64,000 bases of DNA from a virus. A model generated the notes under the pieces. The model saw only the letters and a program-made list of their open reading frames with translations. It was not told the origin of the DNA and did no database searches. The stretch is from positions 64,001-128,000 of IMG/VR virus record IMGVR_UViG_3300028596_000009. The stretch is one strand, 5' to 3'. The translations under genes and the position numbers were made by a program. Position 1 is the stretch's first letter, and every line of letters starts with the position of its first letter. Positions 16,057-25,467 of the stretch are shown piece after piece.

Positions 16057-16670
16057 ATGGCGACCGGACCCGAGCACTACGCCGAGGCCGAGAAGCTGCT
16101 GGAAGCGGAGAAGACCCTCTCCGCGAAGAACACCGACCTGCGCAACCTGACGGTCAACAAGGCCCTCGCGCATGCGGTGCTGGCCCTGGCCGCCGCGTCG
16201 GCGCCGACCTCGACGACCCAGGCGGAGAAGTGGTCGCGGGTGATCCGGTGAGCGCACTGGCCAAGGGGACCCGGGCGCTGAGCCATGTGTTCGCCAAGGC
16301 CCCTGCCGGTACCTACGTGCTGTTCGCCGTGGACCGGGACGACTCCGGCTCCGGACGGGGAGCCCTGGATGAGATATCCCTGGCCCGGGACGGCAGGAAC
16401 ATCCTGGTCAGGAACGGCTTCAGGGGCGTCGCCGAGACCGTGGGCAAGTCCATGGACAGCCTGAACGGCGGCTACCTGGTGCTGACCGGCGGCGACTTCA
16501 CCTCCGAGAACAACCCGCGTACGTCCTGGGTCTGGCAGGTGCTGGCGGGGTCTCTCCTCCCGCTTTCCGGCGACGCGGCCTGGGACGTGCTCCAGCACTA
16601 CCCGACGGCGCAGGGGTACGTGTGGCTGTCGAAGGAGACCAGCTACGAGGACGCATGGGCTACGACATAG
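16057..16670 (+). other. Two coupled hypothetical CDS (16057-16251; 16248-16670)
   Basis: RBS and GTGA overlap. Confidence 0.7.
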
Positions 16671-16917
16671 ACCCGGACCGTCATCTCCTCGCACTGGCCT
16701 GCGGATTGGCCACGGGGATGGTGTGCGTCGTTGCCTGGATCGTGGTGGAACTCCTGCGTTCTTAACCATTGCGAAGAAGCGTGCAAACGCCCGGATGGAA
16801 GCGGCCCGCCTCTGCATTTCCGGTCGAGGAAGCAGGGTTTCCTGGCAGGAAGCGGCGTGGGAAACTGATTCCATCCGGGCTTTTGCTTGGAAGTAACTCT
16901 CTGGAAAGGAGGAACTG

Positions 16918-17442
16918 GTGAAGAAAATGAAAGCAAGGCTGGGCTGGATTCCCAGTGGCGCCAAGGGGTCCACCGAGGAACTGTTGAAGTGGATCGACAG
17001 CGGCCAGGACAAGGAACTGTCCAGGAAGAAGCTGACCTTCTGTGCGTGCGTTGCTGGCGGTGCCGTGCTGCTCGTCGTGCAGGTTCCCGTGGTCGGCCCC
17101 ACCGCGATTGTGCTGGGCGCGCTGGCGGTATTCGCCTGGTTCGACAAGACCCCGCAGGAGGAGATGAGGATGCGGTTCTCGGACTTCAGCACGGAGTCCT
17201 TCGTCATCGGCGACGAGCAGGTGCCGGGCATGGAGGTGCTCTGGCGCTACATCCAGGCCCATCCCGGCAAGACCCCGGCCGAGCTGGCCGAGTACCTGTC
17301 GCAGGCGCCCGGTTCCCCCACGGTCAGCCCGCGCCTGATGGCCGGTGTGATGACCGAGCTGGGCATCCCGATCCCGCGCCAGGAGCAGCCCCAGGCCCCC
17401 GTCGAGAAGCCCGCCGAGGAGCCGGAGCCGGTCAAGGAGTAG
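16918..17442 (+). CDS. Membrane protein with two TM helices and C-terminal winged-HTH-like segment
   Basis: Hydrophobic hairpin then LWRYIQAHPGKTPAELAEYL...LGIP. Confidence 0.6.
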   Translation: MKKMKARLGWIPSGAKGSTEELLKWIDSGQDKELSRKKLTFCACVAGGAVLLVVQVPVVGPTAIVLGALAVFAWFDKTPQEEMRMRFSDFSTESFVIGDEQVPGMEVLWRYIQAHPGKTPAELAEYLSQAPGSPTVSPRLMAGVMTELGIPIPRQEQPQAPVEKPAEEPEPVKE

Positions 17443-17636
17443 CTTCCGGCGCCTCTCTGTCCAATAGATCTGTCTATCCACTCCCCTCCTCTCGGCGGGT
17501 GTGCCCCCTCAAAACAAGATGCGCTGGTCAGCGCTGTGACGTGGGACGAGACCCGGGAAAAGCCGAGAAGTGGGGGACAGGATGGACAGATCTAGTGGGT
17601 CTGTTTAGTGGACAGACTTGCGGTAGCCTTTTCCGC

Positions 17637-17861
17637 ATGGATGAGGAGACGAAATCTGAGATCCGGCGCCGTAGTTTCGCGGCCTGGTACCGCTTCTACG
17701 AAGGAACCGAGGGCGGGCCGGTCGACTCGGTCGAGGTGGTCGAGGTGAACGACAAGTACTACGCGGCCGTCCGGCATGCCGGAAAGCTGCGGGCGGTCTT
17801 CCGGGTCCGCAACGACCTGAAGCTGAAGCGCCTGTTCAAGTGGCCCAAGGTGATCGTGTGA
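17637..17861 (+). CDS. Small hypothetical protein, probably leaderless
   Basis: TAGCCT -10-like box just before ATG; AVFRVRNDLKLKRL.KWP. Confidence 0.65.
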   Translation: MDEETKSEIRRRSFAAWYRFYEGTEGGPVDSVEVVEVNDKYYAAVRHAGKLRAVFRVRNDLKLKRLFKWPKVIV

Positions 17862-17940
17862 CTGTCACATGGAGCTTGTTGTGCCGGTCTGATCCCGTGA
17901 GGTCGGCATATAGGTTCCCGTTAAGAGCGCTGGGGAGTTC

Positions 17941-18579
17941 GTGATGGACGAGGACATCGATTACGGGGACGAAGATGACCTGACGGGTGATTCGGAGGAG
18001 GCCGTTGCGCGGCCTCTCACTGAGACGGAACTCGCTGAGGCCGAAGAGAGGAACCTGGTACGCAGGAAAGTCGAGATAGAGGCCATAAGAGGCTTCCCGT
18101 GGGCCTCCTGCCCCGTCTGGCAGGAAGACATCCCGCCGGAAGACCGTGATCCTCCGTGGCGAATTCCAGGACAGCGTGCTTCCGGGTACTTCCGGATCGA
18201 TGAGATCGAGCGCTTCCTGCTTCTCGGGGACCACCCGCTTAACGAAAGCAACGAGTAGAAGGAAGAAGCAGTGGGTCTGGGGAATGCAGTTCTTCGTATG
18301 TTCGGCTGGAACGTCAAGGTCGGTGCTTCCGGCGATGTGGAGCAGGTCGCGGACGGCCTTTCGGGGAGCGTGGTCGTGCGGCCCAACGGCAGAGGCGGCA
18401 CGAAGGTCGAGGTGAAGTCGGACTCGGGCAAGTGGGTGCTGGACCACTTCGAGTGCGAGAGGTGCGGCTTCGACCGCTACGGCACGTCTTGCACGCGCAC
18501 GAAGGACCGGGGTTACCGGGTGACCTTCACCTGCACGGAGTGCGGGCACGTCGAGCAGTACTTCCAGCGGGAGGTCTGA
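17941..18579 (+). other. Two hypothetical CDS (17941-18258; 18271-18579 with CxxC..CxxC zinc ribbon)
   Basis: ORF track, codon bias. Confidence 0.6.
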
Positions 18580-18649
18580 CGGGGCAAAACACGACAGAGC
18601 GTCAGGTAGGTCCGGGCGCACGACACGCCCCACCGCACGACTGAGAAGA

Positions 18650-18850
18650 TCCGCTTCTGAGAATTTTCATCGGCTCGTTTCCACCGCTTCCCCCGGGTGC
18701 TTCCATCTCTGACCTGGGGGTTTCGTGTTTCCCAGGAAGTGCTTCCAGCCATGAGGCACCCTGTTTCCACCACGTGCTTCCTGATGGTCCGTTGACAAGG
18801 AAGCGCCGTCGCTTAGATGATGGCCAAGTCCAAACGGACTGGAAACGGAG
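18650..18850. repeat. Heptamer array 4, mostly reverse orientation
   Basis: YG(C/T)TTCC at about 18676, 18685, 18698, 18726, 18740, 18762, 18775; forward at 18799 and 18841. Confidence 0.75.
18792..18827 (+). promoter_or_regulatory. Promoter overlapped by operator-like motif
   Basis: TTGACA at 18792; TTAGATGATGGCCAA at 18813-18827. Confidence 0.65.
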
Positions 18851-18857
18851 ACAAGAC

Positions 18858-19940
18858 ATGATGAAGTTCTGGAAGTCGGGTGAGGCGGCGAAGACGCCCG
18901 CCAAGCCCACGACGCGCAAGAAGCAGCAGCCCGAGGTGGAAGCGAGGATGAACGTGGGAGCGTTCCTCCTGACCCCACTCGGCGGCTTCCTGTCCGGTTG
19001 CTCGCTGCTGTGGACCGCCTTCTCGGTCACCGATCTCCTGGGCATCGGGCCGATGGGTCTGACCGTCGCGCTGACGCTCGACCTGATCTGGCTCGTCATC
19101 ATGTACGCCACGCACAAGGAGATCCCGTTCTATGGAAGCCTGACCGCCACTCAGGCCATCGGATGGATCTTCCTCGTCGTCGTCGTCGTGGCCCTCGCCT
19201 GGCACGGCGTCAGCCTGGAGGGCAAGGAGATCCTCGGGTACACGGTGAGCAGGAACGCTTCGCACGCCATGGCCATCATCGGTCCGATCCTCCCGCTGGG
19301 TTCGAAGATCACCTGGGTTCTCGTGAGCGCCGCGTACAAGAAGGCGGAGCAAGAGGCGAACAACCCGGAGGGCTACACCGAGGAGCAGCTCATCGCTCTG
19401 GAGGAGATGGAGCGCGAGTCGAAGTTCGAGGAGGCCGAAGCGGAGAAGGCCCTGGAGGCCAAGCGCCGCAAGCACAAGCTGGAGCTGGAGGAGATCCGGA
19501 TGGGCGGCGAGAAGACCCGCGCCCGCAACGACGTCAACTTCGAGCTGGAGCGGGCGCGCATCGAGCAGGCCACCAAGCTCCGCAACGAGATGCCGGTGGA
19601 CCTGGTCCGCATCATCCAGGGCGAGGTCGAGCAGCCGGTCCTCCCGGCGCAGGCGCAGGCCCCGGCCCTCATGCCGGTCCGTACGATTCCGGCGGCGAAG
19701 GAGAGGGAGCGGACCGAGGTCACCGTCTCCATCACCGACCTGAACGAGGACCAGCGCAAGGCCCGGACGCTCGTGGTTGAGTACCTCCTGCTCAAGCAGA
19801 AGGACCCGACCTACAGCCAGCGGAAGTTCGCCGCCGACAAGGGCATCTCCAGCGGCTGGCTCAACAAGCTGATCACCCGGTACGGCCCGTCCATCGAGAA
19901 CGACGAACTGAGCGACGGCGACGAGGCCATCACCGGCTGA
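18858..19940 (+). CDS. SpdB-like membrane protein (4 TM + coiled coil + C-terminal HTH)
   Basis: LLWTAFSVTDLL...ALTLDLIW, AWHG, GPILPL..K..W; charged coiled coil; SQRKFAADKGISSGWLNKL HTH. Confidence 0.6.
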   Translation: MMKFWKSGEAAKTPAKPTTRKKQQPEVEARMNVGAFLLTPLGGFLSGCSLLWTAFSVTDLLGIGPMGLTVALTLDLIWLVIMYATHKEIPFYGSLTATQAIGWIFLVVVVVALAWHGVSLEGKEILGYTVSRNASHAMAIIGPILPLGSKITWVLVSAAYKKAEQEANNPEGYTEEQLIALEEMERESKFEEAEAEKALEAKRRKHKLELEEIRMGGEKTRARNDVNFELERARIEQATKLRNEMPVDLVRIIQGEVEQPVLPAQAQAPALMPVRTIPAAKERERTEVTVSITDLNEDQRKARTLVVEYLLLKQKDPTYSQRKFAADKGISSGWLNKLITRYGPSIENDELSDGDEAITG

Positions 19941-20028
19941 CCTTCGCGCGGTACCACCACGGGCCCCTGCGGGGCGTCACTCGGCACACCGCAGGGGCCC
20001 TTCCATGTCCAAGGAGAGGAAGAGAACG

Positions 20029-21093
20029 ATGAGCGACAACTGGCTCGAAGACATCATGCGGGGCAACGCGGCCACCCCCGAGGCGGCGTTTGAGAAGAAG
20101 GCCACGGCGACGGTTCCCAGGCCGCGTCCGTCCGGGATGCCGACCCACCCGAACGAGTGGGGCTCCGGCGGCAAGGTGAACCTGCTTCCGGGTGAGGAGG
20201 AAGCGCCTGCTTCCCCTGCTTCCGATGCCGCTTCCTCGGTGTCGGCCAACACCCCCGAAGAGGACGGTGAGCTGCGGAAGCGCAAGGAAGCGAAGAAGAA
20301 GCGCCCGCTTCCCCCGATGCCGAAGCAGCCCCCGACCGTCCACGAGAACATCGCCTCCGGCGAGCCGGAGAAGGAAGCGGAAGGGGAAGCGGGAAGCGCC
20401 GGGGAAGCGGACGGCGAGGAAGCACAGGAAGCGGTCGACGAGGAGACGAAGGGCCGCATCCGGTCCGCTCTCGCCAAGGCCCGTACGGTGACCGGTTCGG
20501 CGAAGGAGAAGGTCTCCGAGAAGACCAAGCCGGTCAAGGACAAGGTCGTCAATGAGATCGACCCGAAGAAGGCGCAGAAGTGGTCGCTGCTGTGGGCCGG
20601 TGCCGCTTCGTGGGTGATCTCGCCCGGTACGCTCGCTGCCCTCTACGACCGGGCGGTGATGCTGTTCGGCTCGTGGACGGAGAGCTTCCCGAGGGCCGAG
20701 TTCCTCAACTCCGGCGGCATGCCGCATGAGTGGGATCTGCTCCAGGGTCCCGCGTGGTGGGTTCGCAACACCGTCCAGGACGCGTTCGAGGCCGGTGTGA
20801 CGAGCGACCTCCTTGCCGCGCTTGTCGTGGGCGTGGTTCCGACGGTCGCGCTCATGCGCGTGAACCACCGGATCGTCAGGTTCTTCCTGGTGGTGGGAGT
20901 TGCGTACTTCGTCGGCTTCCAGTGGTTCCCGCAGTGGTGGGAGGTCTACATGGCGACCTTGGCCGCCTGTGCGTACTATGGCTGGACGATGGCCAACCGG
21001 ATTCAGTCCGCGTTTCTGGCCTGTATGTTCCGTGTTCCCGTGGCGGCGATTGTCTCGGGATCCATCCTCTACTCTCCGGGGGCGATTTTCTGA
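20029..21093 (+). CDS. Membrane protein with long disordered acidic N-terminus
   Basis: Several TM segments, C-terminal RVPVAAIV..SILY.PG. Confidence 0.75.
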   Translation: MSDNWLEDIMRGNAATPEAAFEKKATATVPRPRPSGMPTHPNEWGSGGKVNLLPGEEEAPASPASDAASSVSANTPEEDGELRKRKEAKKKRPLPPMPKQPPTVHENIASGEPEKEAEGEAGSAGEADGEEAQEAVDEETKGRIRSALAKARTVTGSAKEKVSEKTKPVKDKVVNEIDPKKAQKWSLLWAGAASWVISPGTLAALYDRAVMLFGSWTESFPRAEFLNSGGMPHEWDLLQGPAWWVRNTVQDAFEAGVTSDLLAALVVGVVPTVALMRVNHRIVRFFLVVGVAYFVGFQWFPQWWEVYMATLAACAYYGWTMANRIQSAFLACMFRVPVAAIVSGSILYSPGAIF

Positions 21094-21635
21094 TGGCGCT
21101 GGATTCGATCGTGGCTGCGGCACCGGTCGTGCAGATGCAGTCCAACCCGAACAGTTGGTTCGGAAACGCTGGTTCCGCCTTCGTCGGCGTCGCGTTCCTG
21201 CTGTCCGCTTTCATGCTGGCCAGGTCCGACGAGGCGAAGGGGATCAAGCCCAAGGGTCCGTGGGGACCGTGGCTCGCGAAGAAGCTCGACCACGTCAAGT
21301 GGGACTGGAAGTCCCTGATGTCGTGTCTGTGGGGCTTCTTCGGTACCACCGCCCTGCTGGGTTCCGTCGGTGTCCTCGGCAACCTGTCCCGCTGGTTCCA
21401 GGGACTCTTCTCCTGGATCAAGGACATCGAGTTCATCGCCAACGTCGGCATGGCCGGTGTGTGCCTCTTCATCCTGCTCATGGTGTGGAGGCGGCAGAAC
21501 GACAACATCAGCGACGTGCGCTGGGGCTGCGTCATGGGCCTCGCGTTCCCGCTCGGCGGCGGCATCTGGCTTCAGGCATCCCTCGCCGTCGGCAACATGC
21601 TGGTCAACATCATGAACGGGATCCCCAGGGCATGA
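21093..21635 (+). CDS. Multi-pass membrane protein
   Basis: TGATG coupling; about 4 TM segments. Confidence 0.75.
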   Translation: MALDSIVAAAPVVQMQSNPNSWFGNAGSAFVGVAFLLSAFMLARSDEAKGIKPKGPWGPWLAKKLDHVKWDWKSLMSCLWGFFGTTALLGSVGVLGNLSRWFQGLFSWIKDIEFIANVGMAGVCLFILLMVWRRQNDNISDVRWGCVMGLAFPLGGGIWLQASLAVGNMLVNIMNGIPRA

Positions 21636-22129
21636 ACATGAGGGCGGGTGGCTACTTCGTCCTTGCCTTCTTAACTCTCGGCGCCGGTCAGGCCGTGTTC
21701 GGATTCTTCGACGAAGTCTCCGGCGCCGAGGGTGGGGCAGGGATCACAGTCTCCAGTGGAGTTGGGGGAGCAGCCTCCGACAAGCAACTGAACGCGTGGA
21801 TCAATGACGCGCTCAAGGTCATGAAGCAGGAAGGGATCCCTGGAAGCTTCAACGGAATCAAGCGCAACGTCATTCGTGAATCGGGCGGTAATCCGACCAT
21901 CGTGAATGATTGGGACATCAACGCCAAGAACGGAACACCTTCAAAGGGTCTCCTTCAGGTAATCCAGCCAACCTTCAACGCCTATAAGCTTCCGCAGTCG
22001 GCATACGACCGGGCCGGAGTCAAGGCAAACGCGAACAGCTTGACTGACCCCATTGCCAACATTGTGACCGCGTGCAACTACGCAGCGGCTCGGTACGGCT
22101 CCATGGACAACGTCAACGGTCCCTACTGA
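21632..22129 (+). CDS. Secreted or membrane-anchored lytic transglycosylase (SLT)
   Basis: RESGGNP..VNDWDINAKNGTPSKGLLQVIQPTF, DPIANI...NYA..RYG; N-terminal hydrophobic segment. Confidence 0.92.
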   Translation: MNMRAGGYFVLAFLTLGAGQAVFGFFDEVSGAEGGAGITVSSGVGGAASDKQLNAWINDALKVMKQEGIPGSFNGIKRNVIRESGGNPTIVNDWDINAKNGTPSKGLLQVIQPTFNAYKLPQSAYDRAGVKANANSLTDPIANIVTACNYAAARYGSMDNVNGPY

Positions 22130-22142
22130 TCAAGGAGAGGCG

Positions 22143-22886
22143 ATGCCTCCAGCTCCCATTCCCGAAGCCAGGGCGCGAGCCCTGATGATCAACACCGGTC
22201 TGACCCCGCGAGTTCCCTATCCGGGATCGAACCGTCCCTGGCCCTGCCTGTGCATGACTTGTGGGTCGGAGTGCTCTCCCCGCTACAACAGCATCCAGCA
22301 AGGGCAGGGAGGTTGTGGGAAATGCGGTCGATCCGCCAAGAGGGAGACCGAGCTTCTGTCTCTGGGTCCAGCGGCGATAGATCGGATGGTTTCTCTGGGT
22401 CTGCGGCCGGAAGAGCCGTACTTGCATGCCGAAACGCCATGGCTGTGTACCTGTCTGAAGTGTGGCAACAGAATTCGCGTCTCCTACAACAACTCGGTAC
22501 ACCGTGATCGGGGGTGTCCGTACTGTCACGAGACGAAGCATAATCTCGGAACTCCAGCGCAGGTCTACCTGATAGGGAACTACGGGCTGGGTGCTGGAAA
22601 AATAGGCGTCACTCATGGAGGGTTTCGATCCGGCGCCTTCTCACGGCGTGGATGGAAGGTCGTCAACACGGTCGAACTTGCCAGGCGGATTGACTGCTAC
22701 AGGATCGAGAAGGACTTCATCCACTGGTTGCACACAGAGGGAGCTTTCCCCTTCCTGTCTCAGAGTCAAATGGCGGGCCTGGACGGTTACACTGAAACAT
22801 TTTCGACAGAGATGATCAACCTAGATCAGGCCGATCGGAAACTTCGTTCTTTGCTGAACAACCTGGGACTTCCTTGTCCCTCGTAG
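22143..22886 (+). CDS. Putative homing endonuclease: two zinc-ribbon repeats + GIY-YIG/T5orf172-like domain
   Basis: Twice GL.P..PY....PW.C.C..CG...GC..C; VYLI...KIGVT...IEK...GYTETF; lower GC3. Confidence 0.7.
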   Translation: MPPAPIPEARARALMINTGLTPRVPYPGSNRPWPCLCMTCGSECSPRYNSIQQGQGGCGKCGRSAKRETELLSLGPAAIDRMVSLGLRPEEPYLHAETPWLCTCLKCGNRIRVSYNNSVHRDRGCPYCHETKHNLGTPAQVYLIGNYGLGAGKIGVTHGGFRSGAFSRRGWKVVNTVELARRIDCYRIEKDFIHWLHTEGAFPFLSQSQMAGLDGYTETFSTEMINLDQADRKLRSLLNNLGLPCPS

Positions 22887-22962
22887 GGATGGTTTCCTAC
22901 AGAGGTTCGAATCAAACCGCTTCAGCGAAACCATCAGCAACACTGGCCAGAAGGAGTCGGTC

Positions 22963-23741
22963 GTGACCGAAGAAGAACGTGACGCCGTGGCCGACCTGCT
23001 GCCGGAGAACATGAGCCTGTGGGACTTCGAGGACGAGATCGAGCACTTCGGACATGCCACCCTCGACTGGTGGATGGACCAGCTCGGCCACGGTCCGAAG
23101 TCCCCGGGACACCGCTGCTGCAAGACCTGCGGCTGTGCGACCACCTGTCTGGCAGGCGCCTTCTACGAGGCGACGGTCTCCACGATCCTGCGGGAAGTCG
23201 ACAGGCTCGGCCTGCTGAAGAACCCCGAGGAGGGCAACGTGAGCGATTCGCTCGTGCACAGGAAGTTCCGCCACCACGACAGCCGGATCCCGCGCTTCGC
23301 CACGGTGTGTGCCGAGTTCCTGCACCCGGTCACCGAGGCGCCGATGGTCACCTACATGCAGAGCAGCTCGCTGCGCGGCGAGGAGGAGCCCGTCTTCTAC
23401 ACGACACATCGCCGCGAGTTCAAGCAGTGGTTCCCCCGAGAGACCGAGAACTAGGAGAAACGATGGAGATCAAGAACATCACGCTCAACGACGGCAAGCC
23501 GGTCACCGTGCTCGCAGAGTTGTCGTTCGATGAGGCCGTCTACCTGGGCCTCGTCACCGGCAGCATGAACTGGGACATGGCAGAGAAGATCCTGCCCGAC
23601 GCAGGGCCCAACGCCAGCAACAACATCTACGACTGCGTGAGCGATCTGCTCAACCGCTTCTACGAGGGCGGGATCCGTGAGGCTGCCCGGTACGCGACGC
23701 GGTACGAGTGGCCGCCGAAGAAGACCGAAGGGGAGCGATGA
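22963..23741 (+). other. Two hypothetical CDS (22963-23454; 23463-23741)
   Basis: RBS, codon bias. Confidence 0.7.
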
Positions 23742-23745
23742 GGTC

Positions 23746-24006
23746 ATGGTGTTCCAGCAGTCGGCACAGAAGGAACTGGAGCGCCTGAGGAAGAAGGACC
23801 GTCAGGCGTACATACGGATCCGGGGTCTGCTCGCCGAGGTGTCCCAAGGCAGAGGCAAGATCCTCAACAACAAGGCGACCGAGGTGCACGGGTGCAGGTC
23901 GCTGCGATCCGGCAAGCTCCGCGTCATCTACCGGCCCGGCCCGGATCCCGAAGTCCTCTACGTCGGCTACCGGCGCGAGGTCTACCACGGCAACTGCAAC
24001 AACTGA
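23746..24006 (+). CDS. RelE/StbE-family mRNA interferase-like protein
   Basis: F..SA.KEL.RL, RSLRSGKLRVIY, VLYVGYRREVY. Confidence 0.8.
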   Translation: MVFQQSAQKELERLRKKDRQAYIRIRGLLAEVSQGRGKILNNKATEVHGCRSLRSGKLRVIYRPGPDPEVLYVGYRREVYHGNCNN

Positions 24007-24014
24007 GGAGAGAC

Positions 24015-24383
24015 GTGCCCTGCATGCACTGCGTAGCCGACCGGATCAGCACCGGATCGGGACAAGTCCTTCCGGCGCTCCGGAAGAAGCTGCCCCTGGA
24101 GAGGTTCGGCAGGAAGACCAGGTTCCTCGTGATGCCCGCTGTTCTGACGGGTGTCTTGATACTGGCCTTCTCGAAACCGCCTTCCCTGTGGGTGATCGTT
24201 CCGCTCTGGCTTTTCTTCGCTCACCGGTTCGGATACGTCCGGCACATCCACGAAGCGGAGGAGAGCGATGACGGAGAAGAAGCCGAAGGATCCGCCGAAG
24301 AGGCCGAGGATTCCGGCGACCGTACTGAAGGACAGCAGTCCGAAGAAGCACGGGAAGGCGGTTTTACCGCATCTCGACACTAG
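24015..24383 (+). CDS. Two-TM membrane protein with acidic tail
   Basis: GAGGAG RBS, hydrophobic hairpin. Confidence 0.6.
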   Translation: MPCMHCVADRISTGSGQVLPALRKKLPLERFGRKTRFLVMPAVLTGVLILAFSKPPSLWVIVPLWLFFAHRFGYVRHIHEAEESDDGEEAEGSAEEAEDSGDRTEGQQSEEAREGGFTASRH

Positions 24384-24502
24384 ATGAACGCCACTGGATT
24401 TCACGATCCGTTGGCGGTAGGGTTTCTCTCGTTGGACCGCCTCGGCCGATACCCGAGGCGGTTCGATTTTCGTACTGGAAAGTCCTGGAAAGGGGACAAG
24501 AC

Positions 24503-24955
24503 ATGAAGAAGATCGACACGCAGGTCAAGAGCTTCACTCGCGCCATCAAGAAGCTGTACCCCGGCATCTCCGACGACACCGCCGCCGAGGCCGTCAAGGC
24601 GCTGTACATCCTCGTCATCGACTTCAAGCTCACCGAGGACGACGACGCCTGGACCCTGTACGAGGCGAAGATCAGCGATCTGGCCGACGCAGACGCGGAC
24701 GGCTGGGCGGCCGAGATGGTCAAGTCCCGCGTGAACCGCGCCCGCCCGTTCTACGACAAGGCCATCGCCACCGACTCCGACCCCGTCGAGGTCATCAAGG
24801 CTATGTGCGGCCTGTCCGAGCAGGCGGCCTGCGACCTCGTCAACGCCTTCAAGGACGAGGACTCCCAGAAGCCTTCCATCCCGGCCCCGGCCTCCGACCC
24901 GTTCAACACGGACGAGGAGTCGAAGGACGAGGAGAAGGAGGAGCAGTACGCGTAA
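24503..24955 (+). CDS. Hypothetical protein
   Basis: GGAAAGGGGA RBS, strong codon bias. Confidence 0.8.
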   Translation: MKKIDTQVKSFTRAIKKLYPGISDDTAAEAVKALYILVIDFKLTEDDDAWTLYEAKISDLADADADGWAAEMVKSRVNRARPFYDKAIATDSDPVEVIKAMCGLSEQAACDLVNAFKDEDSQKPSIPAPASDPFNTDEESKDEEKEEQYA

Positions 24956-24987
24956 CCCCTCCGCACAGGTTTGCGGTCGTCGTCAGA

Positions 24988-25020
24988 GAGGTCCCCGCTT
25001 CGGCGGGGACTTTCTTTTTG
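24988..25020 (+). terminator. Intrinsic terminator
   Basis: GTCCCCGC-TTCG-GCGGGGAC-TTTCTTTTT. Confidence 0.9.
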
Positions 25021-25074
25021 TCCGAAACCAGCCCATCATGTTGCGTGAGCAGAGGGAGGAAGATGGGCTGAATC

Positions 25075-25392
25075 TTGGCACTTTCGCCTCGGGCGTACCG
25101 CGAGGAACGAATCGAAAAACTGACCAGGGAGTACCACGAATTGAGGGAAGAGTACCGAAACGCGTTTCCGTGGGAGCAGCCGCGCATCGCGGAGCGGGCA
25201 CAGGACATCCAGGACGAGATCGAGGAGCTGAAGAAGCCGACGGCCCTGGAGAGGCCCAGTGGCATCAAGGCGGCGTACGCGGTGGCCGTGGTGTTCATGG
25301 CGTACGGCCTGCTCGTGGGCTCGTACGGGACCTTCACGTTCGGGGTGTTCGCCCTGATCGTGGGCCTGGTCGGCGCGGCCCGGAACATCTGA
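25075..25392 (+). CDS. Coiled-coil + two-TM membrane protein
   Basis: ORF track; start uncertain. Confidence 0.6.
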   Translation: MALSPRAYREERIEKLTREYHELREEYRNAFPWEQPRIAERAQDIQDEIEELKKPTALERPSGIKAAYAVAVVFMAYGLLVGSYGTFTFGVFALIVGLVGAARNI

Positions 25393-25413
25393 GACGTCAT
25401 CCACTGGCAGACA

Positions 25414-25442
25414 TTGACAGCCAGTTGGCCATCGTCTAATGT
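25414..25442 (+). promoter_or_regulatory. Promoter with operator-like motif in reverse orientation
   Basis: TTGACA-17 nt-TAATGT; TTGGCCATCGTCTAA at 25425-25439. Confidence 0.75.
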
Positions 25443-25467
25443 AGTCATCACAAGGAAGGAGGTGCCG

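Noticed and set aside
21632-22129. SLT gene as the endolysin of a lysis cassette
   Set aside because: Short, signal-anchored, no wall-binding domain, located in an accessory operon; disfavoured but not excluded
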